Below, one piece after another: positions 10,903-22,690 of a DNA stretch of 64,000 nucleotides. The stretch spans positions 2,666,001-2,730,000 of the forward strand of contig NC_089435.1 of the NCBI RefSeq assembly GCF_026210795.1. The letters run 5' to 3'. Numbering within the stretch: position 1 is the stretch's first letter; the number at the start of each line of letters is the position of its first letter. Under the pieces are notes generated by a model. That model was not told the DNA's origin, did not search any database, and saw nothing but the letters and a program-made list of their open reading frames with translations. The position numbers were made by a program, and so were the translations under genes. Origin of the DNA: Rhizophagus irregularis (taxonomy: Eukaryota).

Positions 10903-11074
10903 CTTTTCTATAACTGAATATTTTTTGCCCCAGAAAAAAAAAATATAATATAATAATGTATGCGATCTGACTACTTGTCACTATCTAGCTTATGTGGATG
11001 AGCTGGACATGTAAGACGTATATTCGTTTTGATATTTCTCTGGGAGCTTGGCCCTTATAGCTCTTTTTTCGGCT

Positions 11075-14000
11075 TTAACGGCGGTGTCTTTCATTGCACC
11101 AGAGACAGGTAAGTCTTACATTCTGAAGATAATGACCCTCAGAATCGTCTATCCGATCAATCGAAAATGATTGCGGATGGCGCTTCGGATAGCCTTGGAA
11201 TAAGAGTGGAACATAACATACCTTACAAACTTTCTTTTGCTGATATGCCATAGAAATTATCTCTTCTGGCGTGATTGATGGAATAGCTTTCTCCTCATCA
11301 TTCTCTGCTAGATAGAGCGGATTCTCACATACCGTAGTGTCCTCAATCAAATCAGTCTTATCATCTACCTCCCAATCCTCAGCTATCATAAGCGGTCTTG
11401 GAAAATGTCGCTTCTTTTTCCGATCATCTAGCCTATGGCGTCTTAATTTTGCCTCAATAATTTGGGGACAAGGAGTTGCTTGGAGTTCAGTAGGTTCGAT
11501 ATATTCAAGGACACCGTCTGGTGGTTTAACTCGAATCATTTGATTCATGTATCGTACTCGACTGCAGGCTGTATATACGGCATTGTTAATCCAGCCTTCC
11601 AGGCTATGGTCCACAATGAAACAACGTTTCGGAGGCTCGACAGTCTGTCCTTGGATTCGATGAATTGTTCCCCAGCCGGCATATTTCCACTCAGCAGGAA
11701 GTCCACGCAGTACTATCTCAAGTGGTACATTTATCATCGTACCAACATATGCTTCGATAATTTCATTGCTACCCGGGATCTGCACAGGTTTCCCTTGGAT
11801 ACGATACATATGCTTGATACTTTCATCTGGGTCAAAACGGATAATTGAGGGTACATTGAGGAAGCGTGACTTATGAGCCTGTATTAATGCACTTTCAACT
11901 CGCATACCCATATCATTTGTGGAGCAAATCCAAATATCTTCTGGAGTCCACTCAGTAAGTGCATTCTTCCATGATGTTGTAGGTAAAGCCTCACGGAATT
12001 CTTGCAATTGGGTCATATCATCTTTCATCCACATGCGTAATTTTAATGCCTTAAGTTCGGGATCATAAGCACGATAATCGTCCATGCACCAGATTACTTC
12101 ATCAGCCCACTCGGTAAGAAATTTATGCGGACCTTCTTTATCACCCCATGGTGTAAGTTGACCTGGATCTCCACACATAATACTTTGGCATCCACGACTT
12201 TCGGCATATGACAATAATCTCTGCAATACCTTCTTAGGAATCATGCATGCCTCATCAAAGATAAGTATTTCGGCTAGAGCTTTTTTTCCAAGACATGCAG
12301 GATCCCACTCATCGATAGGTGTTGCCCCTAGATGAAAATACTTATGGTATGTCATAGCCGTTAAGCCTGGATTTTGCTTTCTATGGTATTCTGCAAGCAA
12401 ATTTGCTGGTGTGAGAACTACAACCTTTCGACCAGGGAATGCACGAATGGCTCGTGTTGTTTTCTCGCTACCGCCTTGGCCAACTAGATAAACTTTTTGC
12501 AATGTTATTAGTTTCGAATCAATAGAAAGAGGGGGTGCGTCGCTTGGAGGGATTTCTAGTGTACCTTTATAATTGATAGCCCAGGATGATGCTTCTTTAC
12601 GATAAGTATATCCCTCTTTTTTCTTGCGCCATTGACCATACTTAATTTCTGGTGTTTCTAGAACAATAGCTGATTCATACTGCTTTCTTATTTTATCTAG
12701 TTCAGCCTCATATTTCGCATGCACTTCTTCTAACTCTGCACTATTTTTCGCTTTAGCAAAGAGGCTTTCATCAAAATCGGGGAGTAATTTTTGCCCCATC
12801 TCAACAACAGTTTCATCTAAAATAGTTTCGGAAATTGCTGTGGTGTAAATGGCATCTGTACATACTCGTAGTACATTTTCTATCGGAAAACGTTTTAGCT
12901 GTTCGAGTACAGCAATATGGGTATAGGCAAGGACAAAAGAACGGATATGCAACCATTGCCCACGCTTTTCATCACCTTCATACTTGATTAAAGTTCCTTG
13001 CTCTGTTCGGGTCCAGTTTGGTCGGTGTTTATTTTTGCTAGCCAGTTGACTAACATATCCGCTTCATTTATATCCCGAACTAAAATGGATGTTACTTGCG
13101 CATTACGTGCACAAGAGCCCACGAAGCGAACAGCTAAATCACGATCTGGTGGAAACTCAATACGGGATTTTTTACCTACGCTATATATAACTTCTCTTGG
13201 AGTTGCGCTTGAAAGCCATCCTCTGCTTAGCAAATAATCGACTAAGGGCGTTGGTATCCAACCTTCTTTTTCTGCAAGATGTTGCCCAATAAGTCCTGCT
13301 GTAAATGGATGCAAGTTTAGAGCGAATTCCCATGCTATAAGCTGAACAATACCTGTCAAGTTGCGAATAGTATCTATATTGTCAACTTGAGCACGTCGCT
13401 GTATCCTTTCTGGGAATCCATATCGTCGGACCCAAGGCAATGCTTCTGATGCACTTCGTTCTGAATCTTCACAGCCAAGATACGCTCCACGAAGATCTAT
13501 ATGAATATGCTTGGGGGAGGATCTATTGGTGCATTCCATACCATTGATTCCACCTGTGATTTATGCCAGATCTCTACAACATTTCTAGGCGTAGGCGCAA
13601 TAGCTTCTTTTTCTCGCCAGCAACGGAATCGATAAGACTGGGCGCCTCCTAATGATTTCAAGACTTTATCAAACTCAGCTTTAAGCTCTTCTGAAGGAGA
13701 CGGTGTATTAGATTGATACTCATCTTCAATCCATTGACGAATATCTACATTTTCTCCTCATAAAAGTTCTTCAGGTATGGATTGCGATTTTTCACATATG
13801 AATGCGTCGTTCAGCTTCTTCCATTCATAAGAACTACGATAAAGAATACCTTCATGAGTTAGAATCTCCTTACCTACAATCCATATTCTTGTAGCTCTTG
13901 GAAGGTTTCTTGCGACAAATGATATAAGAGCTTCAGCAATCTTTTTTTCATCGATATTAACCTCCCCCTTCTTAGTTTTCGTGCATGCGGAAACAAGTGC

Positions 14001-15568
14001 TCTTTCACATTCATAGTCCATATCATAGACTGAAGATACTCGAGGCATTTCAGGTATACCTCCTGTCCATGCATGATTATTATGGCAAAATACTGTTAGC
14101 TTACGTTGTTTAAGATACCTACCACTATTCCACATTTCGTTACCTAAAATATCCTTGATGACGATTTTCATCCCTATACCTCCAGATTTTTCCGGCTTTT
14201 CAAGGATATGCAAATCATCTAAAGTACAGCCGGGTGCTCGTACCTTTTCATTAAATTTCGCAAGGGCACTTTCACGAGCTGGCGTTAGCCCTATGGCCCG
14301 CTTTGTTCCTCCATGCTCTATTAGTCGTTGTAATTCTGCTACGATACAATTTAAGTCGCCATCATAAAATGGTCCTGGTGGTCCTTGTGGTCTCGGAACT
14401 GGTCGAAGTTCATAGCAAATATGCTTAACATACTCTCAGGTTTTTAATACTAAAAATTCGTTAATTCCCTTTAGTTGTCCTGGCGTAATTTCTTCTCCAG
14501 TAAGACTTCCGGCTTTCTTTTTCTTACCGAAATGCCATCCTTTATCTCCCATTTCTTCGACTATACCTTCAGATGTGTAGAGTCTAGTAAAAAGTGTATA
14601 CTCTGTAGAATGATAAAGAAGACGGCAAGCTTCTGATGCCATTTTATAGCTAACTCCGACTAATTCATCACTATGCCACCATACAGTTCCATCTTCATGA
14701 ATTCCTGGACCATATAATTTTTGACGTGGACATGACATGAACTGAAAACGTAATGTATAGGGCAGGCCTTCTAGCTCAAGATTATATGGCTCGTCTTGAT
14801 ACTCATCAAGTTTAATCGCATATGAATCTTTCCAGGATAACCACCCCCTTTTATCTATTAATAGAAGTTCATCCAGGCTGGCTTTCCCATAAAAATGAGC
14901 ACACAATGATGGCCATCCATGAGGATCCATGTGATACTCTTCTTTTCCTTCTGGAACCCATACCTCCTTTATGCCCAAAAAGGCACCAGATTTATCAAGT
15001 TGTATTTGCTCTACCATTCTACCCATTTCCCAATCATTAGCCACCCCAATAACATATTCTTCTTCATCATCCATTAGATCCCGAATTTTCTTAGCATAAT
15101 TATTTGTTATATGTGGTTTATATGCCTCTCTAGCAAGATGCCAGTACTCAAATCCATCTTCATTTTTTACCTTTTTGGGCGCTAACTTTGGAATTCATCT
15201 TGAAAACCACCAAATCGATCCATTCTCATGCCGTTCTGGATTTTCTTTTCCTAGCCACTCCTGCTTGTCTGCCCATTCATCAAATGTAGTGGGAAGTATC
15301 TCTTCTGATTTTTTGGCTTAGAACCCTTTACTGGACCCGCTAGCCAGTCGGCCAATTCATCTATAGATTTGTTTTGCGAAACATCATGCGTTCCATTTCT
15401 TTTTTCCTCAGATACCACCTGAAGTTGTGCGATTTCCTCTTGATACTTAGCAAGCAAATCATTGGAACGTGGGTATGGTATCACGTCTAACGTTACTCCT
15501 TTAAGCTCTGCAAGTTTGGCTCGAATTTCTTTACGAATATTTGCTTGGTTAGCTTGACGAGATGACAT
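11075..15568 (-). pseudogene. Family B DNA polymerase (protein-primed-like, divergent) fused to SF1 helicase and C-terminal HNH-like nuclease; ~1500 codons, disrupted
   Basis: Five track ORFs join through 3 in-frame TGA (15195, 14436, 13758) and 3 homopolymer frameshifts (~15310, ~13515, ~13033). PolB motifs HIDLRGAY, LAVRFVG, HIRSFVLAYTH, VLRVCTDAIY, YGQWR; helicase GQGGSEKT, IFDEA, CGDPGQL, TIHRIQGQT, YTACSR; nuclease CKVC..SIDRID..GH..NV..CLWCN. Confidence 0.85.
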
Positions 15569-15869
15569 CTTATATAGAATATCTTTCACGGTGTAATAAT
15601 ATCCTCAGAAAATTTTTATTCAATTAATTAATTCTCCTCCTGCCTTCATATATGTCGAAGCAGAGTACTATTTATCTTTTTCTGAGCATTACGAAGAAAA
15701 AGGCCACCTACCCCGCCCGACAATTCACTAAATGTGCCTAATGGCGCAGATATGGGTCTAGGTCTACACACTTTGCTTTGCAACATTGGCCAGCAGACAT
15801 TGTTGTCTTGCCGGTTAGAAACATGAGTGATCTTATATGCTTTCACGATTTGCTTTATAGTTTGGTTAC

Positions 15870-16430
15870 ATACTCCGCTTCGCTCCGCAACATTGGCATT
15901 CATATTTGCCTCATATATAGCATACATTAGAATAGGTAGCATATGGGTCGGGGATAATAGCATCCATATTCGCTTCGCCCTAAAGGGCTTTGCTCATATT
16001 CCTGCTATTATCCCCTCCCGTCGAATGCGTATTTATAGGCATCGCCCTAAAGGGCTTTGCCTACTCATACTTATTCTCCTATATCGAACGCGCATTCATC
16101 GTCACTCTGCTCCTCCTCATGCTTGTTCTCTCTTGCTACCTAAGCAGTATGCTATTGGGAGGCAATTTGTATACCATATCTTGCGTACATGCTCCGCTTC
16201 GCTCCGCAAACTGCAAACACTATTTGCCCACTTATTGTATTTACAATTTGCTTACCGCTCCACTTCGTTCCGCATACAGTAAGCTTATTTGCTTTCAAAA
16301 AACCAGTGCTAAATAAAATATCAAATTAGTATTTATACAATTCCAAAGAGTTTAGCTAAGTAAGATTACAAATTAGTATTTCTGAGATTGCGGAGTCTCC
16401 AGCTAGGCAGGAAAACAAATTAGTAATTTT
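15870..16430. repeat. Subterminal repeat region of the large element
   Basis: GCTTCGC at 15877, 15972 and 16196; GCCCTAAAGGGC hairpin twice (~15977, ~16044); CAAATTAGTA at 16322, 16369 and 16416. Confidence 0.7.
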
Positions 16431-17738
16431 AATGAGCTAGAGGTGCAAGGAATAAAAAAAGAATACAAAGTAATATAGCAAGAAGGCACTCTGGGAAGCG
16501 TACTCCTCTAGTGGGAACTGCCCTTGCCCCCCCCCGTATAATAACATTAATAAAAGTTATTTATTAAATTACAAATCAAAGCTCAAAATTTATTATTAAT
16601 ATAAAGATAGTACATTTTCTGAACTTTAACTTTTATAGAAGACGAATATTTATTTTAAACCTCTGCCACATAATTTAATTTAATTATTTAGTATATTAAA
16701 TCACTAGTGATTTGACCATTTTACTATTAATTTCGTGGAATAAATGAAAAATCTTTTTTCTAATAAAAGCTAAAATCATTTTTTTTTTTATTAGCCGTAT
16801 TACTTGTGTGCATGAAAGAGTGGTAAATAAAGGAAGACAAGTAATATTAAGATTTAGAACGGGACAAATTGTAAGATTACCGAATCAATTTCAATGTTGT
16901 GTACAACGATCATCATCCATATTAATATTCGTTTTTACTAATAAAGTAAGTCTGGTCTTATTGACAACCCAAATTTATAAATAATTGATCGACATGTTAC
17001 GATGATGGCGCTCGCATTAGGAGGACAAAATAAGTATGGCTGCTCACATCACTGAGTCACATGTCTTTTACAGTTTATGCATCATATGAAATATTTAACC
17101 TTTATTATAATAATTTTACCTAAAATGTGTTAAATATAAATTAAAATAGTTCTTTGTTTTGTGTTTTCGATCATGGAATCCGCTAGTCTACTTCAGGAAA
17201 TTTATTTAACTATTGACACCATCGTGGGAGTATTCTACGTATATCTCCGAATAATGAGACTCTATTTCCACGTCTTTCTTAATAACAAAAAGAAAATTAT
17301 TTTTATATAAATATAAAGATATTTGAATTTCATTCAAAAAAAAACCCAATTTTTGAGCGTACTTTAATTTATTAATAATTGAAAAAAAAATTTTACCATG
17401 GAAAATCATCTAGTACACATGTATTTAAATACTTTTTTTTCGTGCTTTTTATTTTTAATTTTCTGTAATAATTTTTTTTAAAATGTATATGTGTATATAT
17501 TATTATTATTATTATTTTATTAAACGTTGTTTATAGCTAGTTATACAATTTTTTCCGTTAATCTTTCTACTCTTTTTCATGCTATTTTTAATACTACTTA
17601 TAAAAAAAGCATTACAGTGAATAAAACACGTGATTAACAGTAAATACAAATATATAACTTTTCTAAGTAAAATGTAACAAAAGTATTAAATATTTTTTTT
17701 ATTATACAGGTATAAAAAGATTTTTGGGAAGATCTCGA

Positions 17739-19215
17739 CCCTATGAAAAAAAATCATCCAATTTTTGTACAATATTTGCTCAAGTTCGTGTGGAAATTGT
17801 ACAATTATTGCAGATTTTTGGATAAAAATAGCTATGAAGTTTTTCAAAGCATATTAAAAGTATGCAATTTTTGTATAACTTAAATTTAGGATATAGAAAA
17901 TGTTCAATTTTTGTTTGATCTTTATACAACTTAAATTTAGGATACAGAAAACATTCAATTTTTGTACAATAAAAATTGTGATTATTGTACAACTTGAAAA
18001 TAGATATACGGAAAGCAATTTTTGGATAATCCTACTATACTACTTTCCATCTTACCTGTATGGTTACATTTGACCACTTTTAGGGTCAAATAGACCACTT
18101 TTAACCATTACAAATACATTTTCCTAAGTAAAGTGATTTATGCAGTAATGTTACACAAAATTCAATTGCATATTTGCTTATAAACAGGCATCTTCCAGAC
18201 CCATTGGTGAAATTTTTGTATTATCTTGTAACTAAAAAAAAGTTAAAAACTTTTTATTAGGTTACAAAATTAATTCTGACTGGAATTATAATTTGGCCAG
18301 AATTATGCGGTAAAAATCAACTCTTAAAATTATATATGTTGATCACGTGATCTGATCGTCAAAATAAATATGACGACGTGAAATGTTTTTGTTTATGTTT
18401 TTTTAACCTTTTAACTTTTCTTCAACTTTCTTTTAAAATATCAGGTAAGAAAAACTTGTGTTCTTTATCTTTTTATTTTCCTAACTTTTTACATTTTAAT
18501 GTTACTAACTTGCTTTCTTCACTAACTTCATACTTTTTTTTTTATTACTAACACTAATAATTTACTTTTTAACACTACTAATTTGCTTTCTTCACTAACT
18601 TCATACTTTTTTATTACTAACACTAATAATTTACTTTTTAACACTACTAATTTGCTTTCTTCACTAACTTCATACTTTTTTATTACTAACACTAATAATT
18701 TACTTTTTAACACTACTAATTTGCTTTCTTCACTAACTTCATACTTTTTTATTTAATACTAATAATTTACTTACACTAATAATTTACTTTCTTCTTTGAT
18801 ACTAGTACTAATTTACTTTCATGTTACTAACATACTTTATTTTATTTTATTTTCTTACAAATTTTTATATTTATGATTATATCAAATTTAGTATTTTATT
18901 TATGAAATATTGTGTATATTTTTTATATTTTAAGTCAATAAAAATTCATAATTTCACTTTATAAATTGCCTGTTATTACTGTAATATTTAACCTATAATT
19001 CCTAAAATATGGCCTAAAATTTGGCTCAAAAATCACACAATAATTGTATAAATTCAGGTCAAAAATAGGATAATTATTGAATGAATTGCCATGCAATAAT
19101 TGTGTGATTTATTGCAATTTTTAGCACAATTATTGTATGGTCAAATATACAGAAATTGTAGTGAATTTAATTGAATGATTTTTCAACAAAAATCACACAG
19201 ACTTTTTTCATAGGG
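17739..19215. mobile_element. Non-autonomous DNA transposon with 3-bp TSD (CMC/EnSpm-like, CCC termini)
   Basis: TIR CCCTATGAAAAAA...TTTTTTCATAGGG; flanked by CGA on both sides (17736-17738, 19216-19218). Confidence 0.8.
18505..18800. repeat. Minisatellite, ~69-bp unit, 3-4 copies, inside the CMC-like element
   Basis: Repeated CTTTCTTCACTAACTTCATACTTTTTTATTACTAACACTAATAATTTAC. Confidence 0.9.
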
Positions 19216-19443
19216 CGAAGGTGAGGCTCTTCACTTAACCACATGAATTCACTAACCACGTGACATACTAAACAAATACTTTCATAGCACCAGAACCACT
19301 GATCCCAGGCATACAACCAATTTCCTTTTGAACAGGGATTATAGGATGGATATAAGTTATATATTAAATAACGCCACCACAATTCATCCTCGTGATCCAA
19401 GGCACTCAATCAATTATCTCCTAAATGATGATTATTTATAGAG

Positions 19444-19584
19444 TTAACAGAGAACCTCGAGCAAGAGTTTGCATAGAATGAACCAAATAACGTGTAGGTA
19501 GGTCTTTCAATAATGGCAGGCAGCATTATGTAGTTCTGGCCCGATCTCTTGTTATCTATTTATATATTGCTCGGGTTCTGTTAA
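19444..19584. mobile_element. Short MITE-like element
   Basis: Imperfect inverted ends TTAACAGAGAACCTCGAGCAA and TTGCTCGGGTTCTGTTAA. Confidence 0.5.
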
Positions 19585-21606
19585 TAGATGACGGACTCTA
19601 ATCAACTATAAGTGATAATTGGATTATATGAAATTTATTATTCCCATTTCTGACATTTCCGATTATTTATTTTGTGTTCTTATGACAATAATAAAATAAT
19701 TACTATTATTGAATAAAAATAGTTGCATTTTTCATGACGATTACATAATGAAATTTACGACATTTTGCGGAAAATGATGTTTTGTAACTTTGTGTAACAT
19801 CAAATTTACTATTAAATTTACAAATCAGCACGGACAATAATCACTTATTTAGTAAGTCAGATGATTTCCTTTGTAAACCTTCTTATTTTGGTTAATTTGT
19901 TTTGACAGATAAAAATCCAAAAAATAAAAACGTCGTTTATTTTATGTATAATAGCAATGAAATTTAATAATTTAATAACAAATTATTATGACAAACCTTT
20001 TTATTTAAAATTGTTTTATTTTATTTTATAGTTTTTATGGTTTTATTATCTTGTAGGTAAAATACATATATACAGTATACTGTATATATAATAATCCGAA
20101 GTGTAGGATTTTTCGAATCTTCAAAAAAATATTTTCGAGTAATTTTTAACAATTTATATTTAATTTATTTTATTAGTTTATTTATTTATTAAAATATAAG
20201 AAGAATGCCAAAGATTGCAAAAACTTCTGATATAAAATATGTGTATATAAAATAAAAAAATTTGAAAATTGAAACAGATACGCGTTAATAGATTATGATT
20301 ATTGCGGATTGCGAAATTCTGTAATATTATTCAGTCAGCTGATCAGTAATTTTTAGTGCCATTGCAGATTTCTGCAATCCACAAAAATTATACTACACCA
20401 GTACATAACTCAAAATCATGCACCTTTTTAGTGGGTCCACTAAGATTGGCATGATCCTAATATGAACTAAACTTACATCCTATATTATTAATTCAAATTA
20501 CATACTTACGCCATCATCGACTCAAGTTAGTTAAATACAATGATTTTAATTAAATTCATTAATAAGATATAAATAATAATCGATAATATTTCTGAATTCT
20601 GATATCTCATAAAAACTTTTTTTTTCCAAAAATTTTTATTCACTTATTGACGAAATTATGGATTTTTGTTCAAGAATAAGTACCAATTAAATAATACTGG
20701 AGAAGTCTGGAACATTAATAATATTAGCGTTAGTTATTTTTTAAACTATCGTTATGACAGACCTTTCAGGGATCTTGATCGTGATGAAAGTCCTTCATCG
20801 CATCATTAGTGGTTGATTATTTTGGGATAATCTGATCAAATTGAGAGAATTCCATTTATTTTTCGTGCTTTTAACAGTAATATTGATTTAATTATTAAAA
20901 TTCTTTGAGATATTTCACTTAATCATTTTTTTTTTATTTTAAACCAGAAAAAACAAATTTCTGATCTCACTGTATAGAGATTATGGATATATAATCTAGC
21001 CCATGCAATTATTTTTAAATGATTTATTAAAGAACTCTTAAAATTCTCATTTAATATACTTATACTAATCGGCTTTATTGCTTTATTTTCTCACAATAGG
21101 AAATTTTAGCCTAATTTAAGAAAAATAAAGCTCGGGAGATCTTTATCATGAAATAATTTTTTTTTTATATTTCATAATATTCTTTAGCATGAGTATTAAA
21201 AGATGTATTATAAAAAAATTAATTTATGTCAGCGCTTTTTGGTGGTAGAAAATAATAGTTGTCTTATTTTAATATTTAATTACAAATAAAGGAATAATTT
21301 GCAACATTCATTTCGTAAATAAATTAATTTGCGATCAAATTTTCAAATTTTTTTTAATCTATGCAATTTACGAAATACGGCCGTAAAGTCACGTTTAAGA
21401 AAAATATAATGATGTATATATTTCTGAAATTAGACAAACATCAATTACAAATTATATATTGTAAAACAAACGTAAATATTCATTGTGTAACAAATTAAGT
21501 TTCGCATCAGAATAATGATTATGTAATTCTATTTAGTTTGTCTTTCAAAAAATTCTCATTCTTTTTTTTTAAAAAAAAAAATAATCTCAATCTTTTCATA
21601 ATAAAG

Positions 21607-22690
21607 ATGATTATTCCAATTCGTTGTTTTACTTGTGGAAAAGTATTAGCTAATAAATGGAATCATTATCAAACTATGTTAGAAAGCGAATATTCTGAAA
21701 GGTATTTTTTTTTAAAATTGATTTGATTTTCACACAAATCATTTTTAAATTAATATTATTTCCTTTTATCAAATGTAAAAAGTGCTGCATTAGAAGCTCT
21801 TGGAATAACAAGATATTGTTGTCGTCGTATGCTCATATCTCACGTTGATTTTATTCAAAAAATTTTAACGTTTGCTCGTATGTTAAAATTTATTTATACC
21901 ATATATCTTATTGTCCGGAGCGAAGCGTAAGGACACTATGAAAAAAAAATCGATCACGTGAATTTCTCTGTCCGCCACGTGAACGTCACCCAATGAAATC
22001 TTCCCGTTTCCTAGTTAATAATAATAATTCTTCTAATCAATGATTTCATTTTTATTTACTGTTAAATAGCACAAGTATCAACGGGAATTAGTATTGAATA
22101 TTCTGGGCCTTCTATTTTTAGAAACATTTATAATGAATCGTCTACATCACTTTCATCTTTTAATTCTCCACGATATGAACCTGAAAGTTCTCGTTCCTCT
22201 GATGAGAATCTTTCTAACAGGACTTATAGAATCACACCAGGAAACCTTCTTGATAATGGTTCTCCCAGATATGTTTCAGATGAAAGTTCACCAAGATATT
22301 CCCAAAATGATGATACTTCTCCCAGATATGTTTCAGGTGAAAGTTCACCAAGATATTTCCAAAACGATGATTCTTATCTAAACTCTGGCCAAATTAATCC
22401 CGTATATGGACTTAATTCTGATGATCATTCTCTTAGGTATGTATCGTCTCCAATTCTGGTTCTCCATCTTATCAATTTTGAATCAATTATTTTACGATGT
22501 TTCTTCTATATATGAACCATTTCCCAGTTCTTTGAGACAAGAGCCGAGACAAGAAATTCCTGATTCTCCAACCTATCAATCTGCTTCAGTTGGAGAATAT
22601 GAACAAGAGAATGATTACCTCTCACAAAATTTACCTAAACAAGATCAAGCATATGGTGATGAATCTCCAAGATATTCTCCTGATTATTGA
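21607..22690 (+). CDS. RPB10: RNA polymerase subunit Rpb10 (RPABC5) homolog with long C-terminal SPxY-repeat extension; exons 21607-21701, 21783-21877, 22070-22436, 22528-22690, 239 aa
   Basis: [13 protein letters not shown]...[17 protein letters not shown] is the Rpb10 signature; GT-AG introns give a continuous 720-nt frame. Confidence 0.85.
21906..22014. mobile_element. Tiny Helitron/Helentron-like insert in RPB10 intron 2
   Basis: A|TC...CTAG|T boundaries; hairpin TGTCC-GGAGCGAAGCGTAA-GGACA; more GC-rich than the rest of the intron. Confidence 0.5.

Larger units (their letters stand above)
1..16540. mobile_element. Large virus-like/self-synthesizing element (Gag-protease module plus PolB-SF1 helicase-HNH replicase plus cargo); left end outside window, right end approximate
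   Basis: Higher GC and dense, mostly intronless ORFs until a C9 run (16527-16535), after which the sequence switches abruptly to AT-rich host-like DNA; contains Gag, retropepsin, PolB and helicase motifs. Confidence 0.75.

Noticed and set aside
15646..16316. Overlapping ORFs 15646..15963, 15827..16282 and 15990..16316 as genes
   Set aside because: Mutually overlapping, no motifs, non-ATG or weak starts, and located in a repeat-rich subterminal region
1..16540. Canonical Polinton/Maverick or autonomous Helitron
   Set aside because: No recognisable integrase, packaging ATPase, adenain protease or jelly-roll capsid, and no HUH Rep motifs before the helicase; the unseen left part could change this
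18505..18800. CRISPR-like array or repeat-protein gene
   Set aside because: Units are contiguous near-identical copies without unique spacers; the ORF is a by-product of the minisatellite
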